A stretch of 64,000 bases of DNA from Lama glama. Its lineage: Eukaryota. Position 1 is the stretch's first letter; each line of letters begins with the position of its first letter. Made by a program: the position numbers and the translations under genes. The DNA is taken from assembly GCA_028534125.1 (NCBI GenBank), contig CM052817.1, positions 40,922,001 through 40,986,000 of the forward strand. The letters run 5' to 3'. This document shows, piece by piece, positions 38,131 to 51,420 of this stretch. The notes under the pieces are model-generated. The model saw only the letters and a list, made by a program, of their open reading frames with translations. It made no database searches and was not told where the DNA came from.

Positions 38131-39864
38131 CAATTGATTTTTGTTTCATTTTGCTTTTTAAAAAGGGGACAAAAAGAAGAAATGAAATATTCAAATAATT
38201 GCACATAAGGTACTATGACATGGGCAAAGGGGTGTCAATGCTGGAACCGAACTGATGGCCAACTGGCAGTATTGCCGTACAATGGTCTGAAATGTTCTTG
38301 GGAAGTTTATGTTCAAAAGACTACCTTATGATAGAACAGGTTTGTTTTGGGATGTTTGTGAAGGTGTGAGTTGTACCAAAGTCCAAAGTTATAAACATGA
38401 CATCTTCCTATAATAAATATGGCTGTGACTGTTGAAAACATGGTCAGGGTTTTTTTTTTTTTAATGATTGCTGGGATTAGATCACTAATTATCAAGAATG
38501 GAAGAGGGTACAATTGCCTTCCTCATTACCTCATAAATAAAAATTGGAACATGGTTTTCTAACAGTTTATGATTTTAGGCCAAAGTAAGTAGAAGTATAG
38601 AGTAAGAGAGGACTCTGAGTGAGAATATTCATCTGCAGGGAATTAAATTGCTTTCATGTAATGAAATTGTTGGATCTTTAAATAAGAATCGATAACTTAG
38701 AAATATACACAACCAAGCACCAAAATACTCTATGAAAAAAAATCATCCTCTGAGAGCAAAAAGGAATTCTAGAAATACTAAAAGATAACTGTAGAAATTT
38801 AGCTGATGAAAAAGTTTAAAACATTTCCCCCCTGGCCTGGAGAGGCTGTAGTTTTTGTTTTTGTTTTTTTTAAACAACAATGGAATAGTATATTCAAAGT
38901 AACTCATGGGAAGAGGTTTGACTGACAATCCCTCTAGGACGTTCACAGTGGATCAACAGAAAAGCAAATGCCTCTGTAGTGAGTAGTGGCCTCGTGACTG
39001 CTGAGCTGGCCAGGGCCCGAAGGGCAGTCACCAGCCTTCCTTATGACATATGCAAAGATGTGTGATGATCTTTGGCTTGGTCAAGGCCCCTGTCCTTATC
39101 TGAGGGTGTCTGATTTGGAGGATATACAGAACAAGAAGATGTGTTTCCAGGTGGATTCCCCCCTCTAGCATTGACTTCATTGATCGTTTTTGTACATCCA
39201 ATGCTCTAGTCAATCTGGATTAGTAACTTTTCCCCAAACACTGCCACCACCCTTTACACCTCTAAGCCTTTCCTCTTGGCTGCTACGTCTGTCTGAAGTT
39301 ACTTATCTGCCTTTTTCATCTGCCAGACTCCAACCCAGTGTTGAAAGGCTAGTTGACCTCGAGTGGGTTAAGCAGGAAATTGTAGCAACACTTCACATCC
39401 CACCTGCTCTCTCTCTCCACTCCTCTACCACCGACCAAATACAAAACTAACAAAATCATCTTCTCTCTGAACTTCCTGAGCACTTTTTACTTCTTTGGTA
39501 CATTCTAGTTTTCACAGCAATTGTTCATTTTGATCTCTCTACCAAATTATAAACTCATCAAGGAAGAAAACACTGTGTCTTAGTCATTCACTTATTCATT
39601 GTGTATTTTCCTCTGCCCTCCCCCTCTTCACTTTCCATTGTACTTTGTATATAGTAGATATTCAAACAAATATTAACTTACCTTGAAGGTAAATTTCATT
39701 GTTGAAATAAGATCAAAGCACATGACATGAACCGTTTAAAATGCTCTGAAATAGGAAGTTAAATAAAAGAAGGTAAAAGAGTCAAGAGCTTTTGTCTTTA
39801 AAGTCTCTTACATCAAGATAATGATAGTATCTAGTGGAACTAGTAAAAGGGCTCTTATTTGACT

Positions 39865-40285
39865 GGCTTATGTCAGATTCCTTGGAAACACACTCTGACA
39901 TGGAGATTTGCACGTAAGAAGTTTCCTGGTGAGTCCCTCCTGCCTGTATGAGGCCAACGCTTGTGGGTGGGAGGAAGCAGGAAGCAGGCAGGACTGAGGA
40001 GTTCCAACATAGGTCTGAGCTGATTCCCCGCAGAGTTCTGAGCTGGATGTCACTTCAGAGTTGTTCTATCTCATGTCTAGAGGGCCAAGTCTTTATACCA
40101 CCCTGTTGACCATTATTGGAAAAGGGTCGGTGACCTTGGGCTAAGTGGCACTTTTTGGCTGGAGTCAGTCATGAGAAAGGGACTCAGCTGAGAGCCACCA
40201 GCTGCCAATACTCCCAGCAGCCTTGGCCTGGCCTCAGTTCTGAAGAGGGGATCTGAGTGGCACACCACAGCATCCATCATTGCCA
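39865..40285 (-). mobile_element. ERVL-class solo LTR (LTR16-like)
   Basis: cttatgtcagattccttggaaacacactctgacatggagatttgc..gggactcagctgagagcc..gaggggatctgagtggcacaccacagcatcca. Confidence 0.75.
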
Positions 40286-41364
40286 CACTGACACCATCAG
40301 GGTACAGGTTGGTTAAAACTCAGGTAAAGAGAATAGTAAAAAGCAATACATACATCAACAAAAGACTTTATTTCAACTTAAAATATGTAAATATGTGTTT
40401 ATTTGCTAGTCTTTCAATTATAGAATCAAGGCTTTATTTGAGCATGGACTCTCTGGTTGATGTTTTACATCTTTCATCAAGTGACACAAGAAGATCATTG
40501 TGCAAAACATCCTGTTTCAATATTTGTGAAACATCATTGTCCTTTTTACATATAATTTGAAAGCAGTATTTTTACTGATTTGCCTTTATTATATCTTAGT
40601 TTTAAAACTTGATCCTATATTTCATCATAGTGTTAATGCACCTATATGGAAATATCAAACAGTTCTATAAGCCTTATCATTAAAAACAGCAGTACTCCAT
40701 CCCACCCACCCCCACCTTTGATCTTCTCTCCATAGGCAGCCGCTTCAGCTCTCTTGTCTCCTTTTCACCTGGACTTATATCCATATGAACATCTCGATGT
40801 TTATGTTGTTATTTTTGTCTTAATTTTTCAGTTTAGATATTTTCTATTGATGTCTACTACAGAAATTGATGATTCAGTTTTCTTATATCCCTAATCTCTG
40901 TCTCCCTGGCTCTGTTCTTCAACACATACTTCCTCTGATGTCTTCCAATTATGGTTATGTTTTAAAGTTGTGGTTTGTATTTTTAAGCCTACGTTACTCT
41001 CATTTACAGCTGAGCCATGGAGTATGCTATGATTTCATTTACTTTTCTATGTAACTTTCAGGGGTTTTTTGGAGTTAGTAATTACCAGAAACTCTCTATG
41101 CCTCAATTTCTTCAACTGTAAAATGGGGATAACTGTACCTACCTCTTAGGGCAGTCAGAGCTATAAAAGTGTTAATTATTAGTTTTCATTGATTTTCTTC
41201 TTTATATATCAATCCCTAATTTATCTCAGACTTTTTAACAGGTCTGTAAATACGCTTTCAGTACACTTCATCACATGTTGAGTGCTCAGTCAGTAAGTGC
41301 CAAAAACATGCATAGCCAATACTCTAAGCTGTGCTTTATGAACAGCAAAGTAATTTAATGGAGA

Positions 41365-41527
41365 TAACAATGTGTTTGGAACTGGGAGGCCAGGTTCAAG
41401 GCCTGGGTCTCCCCTGCCTAGCTGTATGACCTTGGACTAGTCTAGCTGAATCGCAGTTTTATAATCTGCAGATAAGAGGACTGGATTAGATAATCCCTAG
41501 GGTCTCTTTCCAGTTCCGTGATTCTGT
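41365..41527 (+). mobile_element. MIR3/MIR SINE
   Basis: ctagctgtatgaccttggac..ggactggattagataatccctagggtctctttccagttccgtgattctg. Confidence 0.75.
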
Positions 41528-42477
41528 TAATGAAATAAAGGATATGCAGAAAATGTCAAGCATGTTAAGATTGCAGTGATATTAGCCGCCACCACTTCTA
41601 GTGCCACGTCCGTAAGACCTCTTAATAACCTCTGTCAGGCAAGATGATGGAGACATCCCTCACACTGCAATAAAGGAGAATTTTGCTTAGTCATTCTGCT
41701 TGAGCAATTGTCCCACCCCTTTGGGACACCTGGTTGTAATTTGAGGGAGCCACCACTAAATGTCGCTGTAGGTCACATAACTGGTCATAAGTGGTCAGGA
41801 GTACTCTGTGTCCGCCTCCAAGCCTCAGAACTACCAGGTGGCTCCTTACAGGTTTAGAAGTACACACTTTAAATACCTGGATGCAAACATCAGAAACAAC
41901 GGGATGGGAATTAACTATGATTTTAAAAGGGGAATGGTGATAGCTTCCAAACTCTTCCATTTGCCTGTTCCCTCAAAGGGTATTTCTGCATATCTAGTTA
42001 CTGCTGTAAACTGGGCAAACTGGTATTTAGAGGAATACCCAGTTGAGCAATTGCTAGACTGTTTGGTCTACACCTTCATGATTTTTCCCCCTCAACAGAA
42101 AGAGATTAAGCTGCAGAAGGGAAATATGGGACTCTTTGTTTCCTGGTTCTTGCTTCTGTTGTATCTCCAAGCTTATCTGGAATTCTAGATACTTAGTGTA
42201 CTTCATTGATTTTATGGAAATATGCACATATTTTCATATTTTAATGTTTCTGAAATTGTGATGCTTCATGGAATCAATGGCAACATATGATTAGTAGCAC
42301 TTTTTCTTTTTTAGTGATGTCTTATAATCAATGATGTCTTTGATGCGATACAGTATTGTATCTGATATGGTATATCCATCTTAATTTATCGGTGGTCAGT
42401 ACTGTGTTAAAAGTTGTTTGACAGATAAACTTCCTTTTCCAGTGTAATTTTTTAAGGAGCTCAGACTGGAAGAGAAA

Positions 42478-42706
42478 GCAATATTTGTTGAATGTCCACT
42501 GGTGTCTGAGCTATGGGCCATGCATATATGATTGTGTTTAATCCTTTTCATGCTGTGAAGTGGGTTTTTGTTTCCATCTTACAGGAGACAAAACTGAGGC
42601 CTAGAAAGTTCAGTCATTTGTACAAAGTCATACTGCTAGTATGAGTCACTGCTGAAAACTGTGTGTTTATGTATTTTGATCACAAACCCGACACTTTCTG
42701 TACCAT
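42478..42706 (-). mobile_element. MIR SINE
   Basis: ccatcttacaggagacaaaactgaggcctagaaagttcagtcatttgtacaaagtcatactgctagta. Confidence 0.75.
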
Positions 42707-43289
42707 ATTATATTGATATTTCAGGGTACACCACTTCTCTTTAACACCAGGTTTTTCTGACTTAGCCCAGAGAACTTAGCCCTCTTTCTGACAACCTTTA
42801 AAAATGTTGAATTAAACAATGTAGAAGTGGTTTCTCTGAATTCCAGCCTCAATCTTTGTGATTAAAAGGATGGAGTGAGACTTGATGCAGCTGAGATGTG
42901 AGTGGCTTCTCTGTGGGATGTGGGCTCTGGGAGTAAACAGGGCTGGGTAAGTGCTGCCTGGGACCCACCCAGCACAGCTCATGTTGGGCCTTTGGATTCC
43001 CGTAGCCTTCTGGAAGACCTTTCTAGGAAATAGTTTTCAAAATGCCTTGCATTAAAAAAAATATATATATATTTTCTCTAAGTCTCTGACTTACAGAAAG
43101 CCAGTATATCAGTTTCAGAACATAGTTCTAATCAGAGCCCACAGGGTCCTGGAGACCCAGGCACGATGCAGTTGGTAGGAAGGATTTAGTCCGTTTCCCT
43201 TAACTTTCCAAGGGGCAAAGCTGAGAAATAAGAGCAAATTCCTTTCACACACCTTTGCTTTGATAGCCCCTCCCCCTGTACGCAGTGGG

Positions 43290-43306
43290 CCCCCCCCCCC
43301 CCCCCC
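43290..43306. repeat. C17 homopolymer
   Basis: Direct count. Confidence 0.95.
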
Positions 43307-44149
43307 GGGAGTCAGGAAGGACCAGAGGGTGGAAAGCAGTTTACATCATATCATCATTGTGTTTGCACAGGCCCAAGAGAGCTGAATCTTCCGTTCTCAG
43401 CAGCTCTCAGAAATTGCTGAAATACATCCCATTCTACTTCCCCACCTCCTGTCCTGAAGGGCATTTGTTGTTTATAGGCTGCACTTATATTTTCCAATTC
43501 CAATCCTTTTTGTTTCAAGTTCTCATTTGTAAATCTAAAAGCAAAACATTAGCAGTCTGTCAGAGGTTCTGTTCCATTCATTTATCTAGAGATTTATCAT
43601 ACAAGTATTCCTTTGATATCTACAACTTGGGGTCTTATGATGATAAGATAATCTGTGGTTCCTCTTTGCAGTGATTCCTCAAATAGAGGGCATATGATTA
43701 TAACACATACAGGACGTAAGAGACAAAAATTCAAGTCTCTAAGAGATGAGTTGATTACAGTTTCTTAAAGTTCCCCTGGCTTAAGGAGAGTACTATTTGC
43801 TGAAGCAATTTTGAAAGTATGTATTTAACTTTCCATCTCTTAAGGGAGGTAATGACTCTATATTATGTTTCCTGAGTGAAAACCATTGGATGAAGCCTAT
43901 CTGTACCTCTTCAGAGCCATCCATCCATCCATTTCATAGTGATTTGCTCTTGGAAGGAAGGCCAAATGACAAGCATGAGGCTTTTCATTTTATCTAAAAT
44001 TCTTGAACCTTCCAATGTGAAACTCATGAGAGTTACATGGGTATATGTGGTAACATACAAGAATAGAAGTCACCCAGTATCTTCCCAAATACTAAGATCA
44101 GGGGGCATCTTGCAATCCTCATTTTATGTGATTTCTTGACTGCATTTCA

Positions 44150-45556
44150 CTCACTTATTTAATTATTCACCTCTTCAATTATTTGAAAAATATCTATTGA
44201 CCAGTAGCTATGATACCATATGCTGTTAATAAGACATAGTCCCTGCTTTTGGGAAACTAATATTCTGTGAGGGCAAGTAGACAGTTAAAGTGCACTGTGG
44301 CAGCCACTCAGACAGGGTTTAGAATGGGATGAGGAGGGAGCACGTAAAGAGGGTTCCAATCCTGATTTGGGAGATCAGGAAGAGTTCCTTTGAGGAAGTG
44401 CTGTTCGGTGACAACATTCTGGCTCTTCCACTCCTCTGACTGCTTTTTCTTAATTTCCTTAGCTGATTCTTCTTTCTTTTCATCCTAATAAGTATCAGTG
44501 CTCCTGAAGGGTTTGTCCCAACCCCTTATTTCTTATACATTTTTCTAGGTACTTAAAATCATAACCATGGCTTCAGCTACCCTCTACACAGTTGGTGCTT
44601 AAGTATATCTTAAACTTGCCTTAGACTATTAAATTAGTGACTCATTCATTATTCTATCAAACATTCATTGACTGTCTACCTCATACCAGACCGTGCCCAG
44701 AGTAACAGAGGTGAGTGAAGTTGACTTCTTTAGTACTTGCTGAGTTTTCAGTCTCACCAGCAAGAATTATGTTACAAAACTATAAAATATGTGAGAATTA
44801 AAAACTTTAGCAACACAGGAAGAGAAACCATTAACTGCTCTTGGTGGTGTCGGAAATCCTTGCAGAGGGAAGTAGGAATTGGCTAGGTGATTCAGGAGAA
44901 GGGACTTCCGGCAGAGGGAATATAATAGTATGTGCAAGGACTTGGAGGTCTCCTTGACTTACCCAGATAGCAATCAAATGTTTATGTGCCTAGATTATAG
45001 GATGTGTAGTGGAAAGAATCTAGCCTTGATGGTACAAACTGTAATCAGGTTGTCAGTAGGTACCATGCTCAGAAACAGGGACATTTTCTTTCAGGCATTA
45101 GAGAGCAAGGAAAGATCTCTTAACTGTCAACTTACAGAATCAAATTCTGCAATATCAGGTGGTAATGTAGAGGCTGGAATAGTGGCAGAGAGATCTAGTG
45201 GGAAGTTAAATAAGAGGTGACAAGGATCTGAACTAAGGCAGTGGCAGAAAAGAAAATTTTATGACTTGAGAGTTGTCTGTAGTCACATCAGTAAGATGTG
45301 ATAGGGAGGGAACAGATAAGAATCAAAAAAGACACTGGAATTTGTGGTTGAAAGAGGGAAGAGATGGTCTCACTGTTAACCAAGATATGAACAATTGGAG
45401 GCAGGTATGCAGTGGGGGAATACAGCTGTGGACAAGTCAAGTTGTCAACACTTGTGCAGCATTCCAGTGGAGACGTTTAATAGGCAATTGGAAATAATGA
45501 ATTTGAAGCTTGGGAGGGGAGTCAGGGATGAACAGACACATTGTGAATGAACATCA
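44150..45556 (-). mobile_element. L2 fragments (mostly antisense); host of the U6/L1 insertion, resuming at about 46116
   Basis: L2 3' ends at about 44150 and 44640; ggatctgaactaaggcagtggca..cattccagtggagacgtttaataggcaattggaaata.., continuing tatagattgtagttgaagccat after the insertion. Confidence 0.7.
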
Positions 45557-45664
45557 ATGCTCATTTTGGCAGCACATATACTGAAATTGAAATGACACAG
45601 AGAAGATTAGCATGGCCCCTGTGCAAGGATGACACACATGTTCGTGAAGTGTTCCATATTTTTT
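45557..45664 (+). pseudogene. RNU6: Full-length U6 snRNA retropseudogene (5' part of a U6/L1 chimera)
   Basis: Ungapped match to recalled U6 sequence with 13 substitutions in 107 nt by hand count, 6 of them at CpGs. ACAGAGA box and terminal T-tract retained. Confidence 0.97.
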
Positions 45665-46115
45665 AAAGAATGAAATAATGCCATTTATAGCAAATGGATA
45701 GACCTAGAGATTATCATACTAAGTGAAGAAAGTCAGACAGCAAAAGGCAAGTATCATATAATGTCACTGACATGTGGAATCTTGAAAAAATGACACAAAC
45801 GAACTCATTTACAAAACAGAGACTCACAGACATAGAAAACAAATCTATGGTTACCAAAGGGGAAAGGGGGGAGGGATAAATTGAGAGTTTGGGATTAACA
45901 GACACAAACTACTATATACAGAATAGATAAACTACAAGAGCCTACTGTATAGCATAGGGAAGTATATTCAATAGCTTATAATAACCTATAATGGAAAGGA
46001 ATATGAAAAGGAATATATATGTATGTATAACTGAATCACTATGCTGTACACCAGAAACTAACAAAACATTGTAAATCAACTGTCAATAAAAACTTTTAGA
46101 AAGTAAAAAAAAAAA
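45665..46115 (+). mobile_element. L1 3' end (ORF2 terminus, 3'UTR, A-tail) fused directly to U6
   Basis: Starts aaagaatgaaataatgccattt (KNEIMPF), continues through the typical 3'UTR ...actgaatcactatgctgtacaccagaaactaac..., then aataaa and an A-rich tail. Confidence 0.95.
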
Positions 46116-47989
46116 GAGCATAATATAGATTGTAGTTGAAGCCATAGAAGTGATGGATTATGTTCATATTCAACAAATTTTTTAAAAAGTCTATTATGTA
46201 CCAGCCATTGTGAATATGAGTTTGTGTAAATTGTGAATTCACATTGTGAATAGGAGTGTGAGTCTGGCATGGCCTCTGATTCCAGAGTTCCCTGGGGCAA
46301 GGGACATAATCAAATAAGTGCAATATAATGTGAAAAAGGCTATTATGGAAATATGTACAAGGTGCAGAAGAAACACAAAGGAAGAGATCACACAGAGAGG
46401 ATGGAAGACACAGAAGAGAAGAAAACCAGAGTCAGAACTCAGTAGAACTTCTTCAAAGAACATGAGAAGCTTCACAGATTTGCTTGTTATTTCTTCAAGG
46501 CACATGTCATATCTCATTCATCAAGAGATCATCCCAGCAGAACCCGACCTAATGCCTGCAACATAAGTGCTCAGTAATGTTTGTTGAATAAATGGGCCCA
46601 GGGCGGTTGGAAAGAAATGAAAAAAAAAAAAAAAAAGCATGGGGTTTCCCCAAGCCCTGGGAACACTTTAATCATCTCTTATTATCCTTTCACATGGAGA
46701 GCTTGTGCAGGTGGAACTCAAAATAAACGCTCTGAAGAAATGAAGATGCAGCAATTTAAAACTGGGCTAAGGGCTGCATCTGTCAGTGCTCTAATTATGA
46801 AATGTGCTTATGGCAAGCTAGATCTTTTATTTTTATTTCTGGCATGCAGGAAAATTGTGTAGCCATCGATTTCCTGTCAAACCATCACTTGGAGTGCCTG
46901 AGATAATGCCACATCACCATTCATTGATTAACGACACTGCTGGGCTCCTAAACAGGAACCCATCACACTGAGCCTTGCAACCTCCATTCTTGTTGTGCGT
47001 CCACTTAAATGATTTGTAATAGCCAGTAATTATGAAAATGTCTTTCCTTCTTGACCTTCTCCCCCCCCCCAAATTTACAGGTTAGTATTTCATCAGTTTG
47101 GATTACAAATTAACATACTGGTGGGGTGTTTTTTTTTTTTTTTAAGATGAGTCTGTTTAGGTATATATGAATAAACAGAATTACTATGAAAAAGAAAATG
47201 AGAAAGAAGGAAAGACACCATCAGAAAGCCTTATGATAAAAGATATTCCTACCACTTTAGCAATAAGAATCCTTCCAAATGTTGAGCACCTCAACTTCAT
47301 TGCCCAAGGCTGGTGGGCAGTCTCATTACCATCTTACCTGACAAGTCTGAAGGAGAGACTCATCCTCCCGCACCTGCAGCTAGGCTTGACGCTAACGGTA
47401 CTTCGTAACCACCGACCCCCTCCACCCAAATAACTACATACGGTTTAATGTTTTTCATTGTTTTATCTGGCTGATGTGTAGTTTTCCCAAGCTAATTATT
47501 TTTTTTCTGATCGTATCCTCTCTCTTGCTGCTGGAAAGATTATGCTTTCCTAGAGAATGAGCTATAAAGGCTCCTGGAATGTTTTCTCAATAACTCAGAC
47601 CTGCAAGCATAGCTCTGTGTGTGTGTGTGTTGAAAGTGATCATTGACATCACTTTTCTTTCCTCTCAGGTACTGCATAGTATTCACAGTATAAGTCATCA
47701 TCCATCCAGTTTAACCAGGAGCGTGAAAATGTGACAGCATACAGTCACCTGGAGGAGTGTGAGGGAGGTCATGCAGGGGAGGAGAAGGCCAGTCCCTCCT
47801 CTCTACCCCCACCCACATGCTCTTCTAGAGCCCAGGCTTCCAGTAACCTTGGAGCTCTCCCCTTGCTTTCTCATGCACCATTATGGGCTTCAGGGGCACA
47901 GATACATCCTAAATAGGCATTTGTGAAGTCTGTAGGGTGATGCGGCTGGAGACAGAGCTGGAGACGAAGTCCAGAATTCTCTGAAATAG

Positions 47990-48170
47990 TAATAATAACT
48001 GCCATTTTTTTGAGCACACGTCCTCTTAAATTCTCACATAATACTCTAAGGTAAATGGCCTGGTTCCCATTTTATACATAAGGGATTGCGGTTCAGAGAG
48101 TTTAAGAGATGAGCCCTAATCACATAATGTGGGCAGAGCTGGGGTTGGAGCCCATGCCCTTTCCATTAAG
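47990..48170 (-). mobile_element. MIR SINE
   Basis: aataataactgccattt..cccattttatacataagggattgcggttcagagagtttaag..ggcagagctggggttggagccca. Confidence 0.7.
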
Positions 48171-49504
48171 CTTCCCTGCTCCCAGGAGGAACAGGGGCAC
48201 CTTTGGCAAAGCCAAGCTTTTCTGTGAGCATCTTTTAGAAGAAGGGCATCGTGTTGCTAAGAGATATTCAATCACCATGGCTTTCTTCTCTGTGCTTTTG
48301 AAGGCAGATGGTGATGATTGCAGGGTGGAGGTGGGAATGGAGAGGAAGGTGACAAGGAGGATGAGACTTCAGATCCTGGGGGCAGCCAGGAGTCAGCGTA
48401 AGATGTGAATTCTCTCCTGTTCACTTCAAACATGCGTATGAGGAGTCAGGAGCTGGGAGTACGTTTAGTAACAGCACTTCTCGCTACATCAAGGAAATGC
48501 ATAGCCTTAGGGATAGAGGAGAATCAGGATAATTAATTTGGAGAAAAATCCCTACTTTCTAAGACTTATGACCATGGTGGGTTATGCTAGTCATTTGGAA
48601 GGGTCTGCTCTCAGCTCCTCAAGGGCATAACTCAGTTCCGGGATGTCTACCGCCCTGCGCAGTGTGAGCAAAATGCTGTTTCCTCCTGTGAACTATTTTC
48701 TTTATTCCTCATTGCTTTCTTCAGCTTTACTTTGTGCCAGACCTGAGAATCTGGAGCTGTCAGCTCTAGTCCAGCCCCTGCAGAGCCCAGTGGCAGGGTT
48801 CCAATTCCTGACAGTGGTGTGTGTGAAGACAATTTCGCGTGCAGGGTGATATTTATGGCTTTGTCAGCTGTTGGCACCATAGAAATGGGCTTAAGATGAC
48901 CAAAGGAGCTTTAGTGGATGATGAATGTTTGTTCAGCATGATGACCTAGGGAGCTGAGTTACAGGACAGCCTCTCAGCAGCAGGCCCATCCTGGTCCAGA
49001 ATGTTCCCTAAGAGAAGAAAGTCCTGGTTCAGCAGTTAGTCCAGGATCAAATGTGACCAAAGATGATGAACGTTTGCCTTGGAGCTGCTGTTTGCTCTAG
49101 AAGGTCCTCTGTCTGCCATGGCTTCGTGTGTGGTAGGCATCTTCTTGTCCTCTTCCCTGACCCATCCTAAGACTGGGTGATTGAAGGGGCTATGTCTTTG
49201 TTTCCACTCTGCTCTGACTCCATGGCTCAGAGTCACCTGATCAGCACCCTGACCTTAGTGTTAATATTTATTTCTGAAGAGTAAGACAGAGCTACATATA
49301 TCAAAGTACCAGTACTGTTAACCGTATACAAAGCATTTTAAAGTACATAATTTTCATTTCATCCTTAAAACCTTCCAGGTGGTGAGGAAAAGTTTACTGT
49401 GCTCTTCTGAAGACAAAAGCCAATGATTTCATCAATGTTACAAGAATAATAATCAGTGGAATCAGGACTAGAGCCAAGTGTTTCTGATTCCTAGATCTGT
49501 ACCC

Positions 49505-49737
49505 TGAGGTAGACCAGCTATAGCTTGCAGGCCAACTCTGGCCACTGTCTGTTTTTGTATGGCCTGCAAGCTAAGAGTAGTTTACACATTTTTAAATAGT
49601 TGGGAAAAGACAAAAGAAGAATAAAATTTCATGACATAAAATTTTATGTAATTCAAATTTCAGTGTCTATAAAATAAAATATAAGCCTAAAGTATTTTTC
49701 ATATGTCCCTTTTAAGAAAAAGTTTGTCCAACCACTG
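49505..49737. mobile_element. MER58B-like hAT-Charlie element
   Basis: gtctgtttttgtatggcctgcaagctaagag..ttcaaatttcagtgtc..aagaaaaagtttgtccaaccactg. Confidence 0.8.
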
Positions 49738-49775
49738 TCACAGATGATCAGTAGAGACCCCTGGTACATTCTCTC

Positions 49776-50233
49776 TGCATCAGTTTGCTAAGGCTGCCGT
49801 AAAAAGTACCATGAACCAGGGGGCTGAAAACAACAGACATTTATTGTTTCACAGTTCTGGAGGCTAGGCGCAAATCAAGGCGTCAGCAGAGCCATGCTCT
49901 GCCTGACTCTGAGTAGACTCCTTCCTTACCTCTTCCTAGCTTCTGGTGTTGGTGCTCGATCCTTGGTGTTCCTTTGTTTGCCTCTGCATCCATCCAGTCT
50001 GCCTCCGTCATCACATGGCTGTCCTCTCCTCATCATCCCTCTGTGTGTATCTATGTCCAGGTTTCTCCATTTTTATAAGGACACCAGAGTTACTGGACTA
50101 GGACTCACCATAATGACTTCATCTTCACTGGATCATCTTCAAAGACCCTATTTCCAAACAAGGTCACATTTACAGGTACAAGGGGTCAGGACATTGACAC
50201 CTCTTTGGGGAGGACACAGTACAGCTCATAACA
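49776..50233 (-). mobile_element. MaLR solo LTR (MLT1B/MLT1C-like)
   Basis: tgcatcagtttgctaaggctgccgta..cacagttctggaggctag..aagaccctatttccaaacaaggtcacatt..cataaca. Confidence 0.9.
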
Positions 50234-50260
50234 CATTTCCTGCTGCAGAGTGTTAGCCCC

Positions 50261-50760
50261 NNNNNNNNNNNNNNNNNNNNNNNNNNNNNNNNNNNNNNNN
50301 NNNNNNNNNNNNNNNNNNNNNNNNNNNNNNNNNNNNNNNNNNNNNNNNNNNNNNNNNNNNNNNNNNNNNNNNNNNNNNNNNNNNNNNNNNNNNNNNNNNN
50401 NNNNNNNNNNNNNNNNNNNNNNNNNNNNNNNNNNNNNNNNNNNNNNNNNNNNNNNNNNNNNNNNNNNNNNNNNNNNNNNNNNNNNNNNNNNNNNNNNNNN
50501 NNNNNNNNNNNNNNNNNNNNNNNNNNNNNNNNNNNNNNNNNNNNNNNNNNNNNNNNNNNNNNNNNNNNNNNNNNNNNNNNNNNNNNNNNNNNNNNNNNNN
50601 NNNNNNNNNNNNNNNNNNNNNNNNNNNNNNNNNNNNNNNNNNNNNNNNNNNNNNNNNNNNNNNNNNNNNNNNNNNNNNNNNNNNNNNNNNNNNNNNNNNN
50701 NNNNNNNNNNNNNNNNNNNNNNNNNNNNNNNNNNNNNNNNNNNNNNNNNNNNNNNNNNNN
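50261..50760. other. Assembly gap (500 N)
   Basis: Run of N. The true distance between flanks is unknown. Confidence 1.
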
Positions 50761-51204
50761 AAGATGAATTAATAAGAAGAATGGAGCAGAGTTCATGTAA
50801 ATTGGATCTCTGTGTGGGCTTACAACTCTTTTTAGACGAGAAAGTGGAGTAGTCAAGAATACTTAATTTGCCTCAATTAAGAATGCTCACTCTCGCTATT
50901 GTTGCTCAGAAATGGGACCAAGTCACTCTGCAATCAAGCTAATTGCAACCTCTGATTTAGCGGCTTAAGCTCTGCGCTTTGCCTTTGTTTTCATAAATGA
51001 TCTGTACAGGCCAAATAATCCCTCCCCGCCCTCTCCCCGTGTTGATTGTTTTTCTTTATTATTTTAATTCCACACTTTGATGATTGCTCTAATCTCCTGA
51101 AGCCATTGCTCAAGCCAACCACGAAATAAGACAGCTGTGATAGCGGCGAGGGCAGGGCGCTGGGAGAGGGAGCTGGGGTGGCGGCTGTCCTGTGAGGTCC
51201 AGCA

Positions 51205-51420
51205 CCAGCCCCGAGACGCCACTCTAAGGATTTTATGTGGATCCACCTCTCAATCCTTACAACGATTCTGTAGGTGGGTACCACTATTTGGCTCATTTAA
51301 CACAGGAGACAAGTGAGGCGCAGAGAGGCTGAGTAACTTAAGCAAAGTGGTAGAGCCCGTGGGGTCGTAGAGCTGGGCGTCCAGTCGCAGAAAGCGGTCC
51401 CCAGAGCCTGGACTCTGTCC
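51205..51420 (-). mobile_element. MIR SINE
   Basis: caatccttacaacgattctgtaggtgggtacc..gaggcgcagagaggctgagtaactta. Confidence 0.7.

Noticed and set aside
50170..50856. Two long ORFs (228 and 200 aa)
   Set aside because: Artefacts of reading through the N gap.
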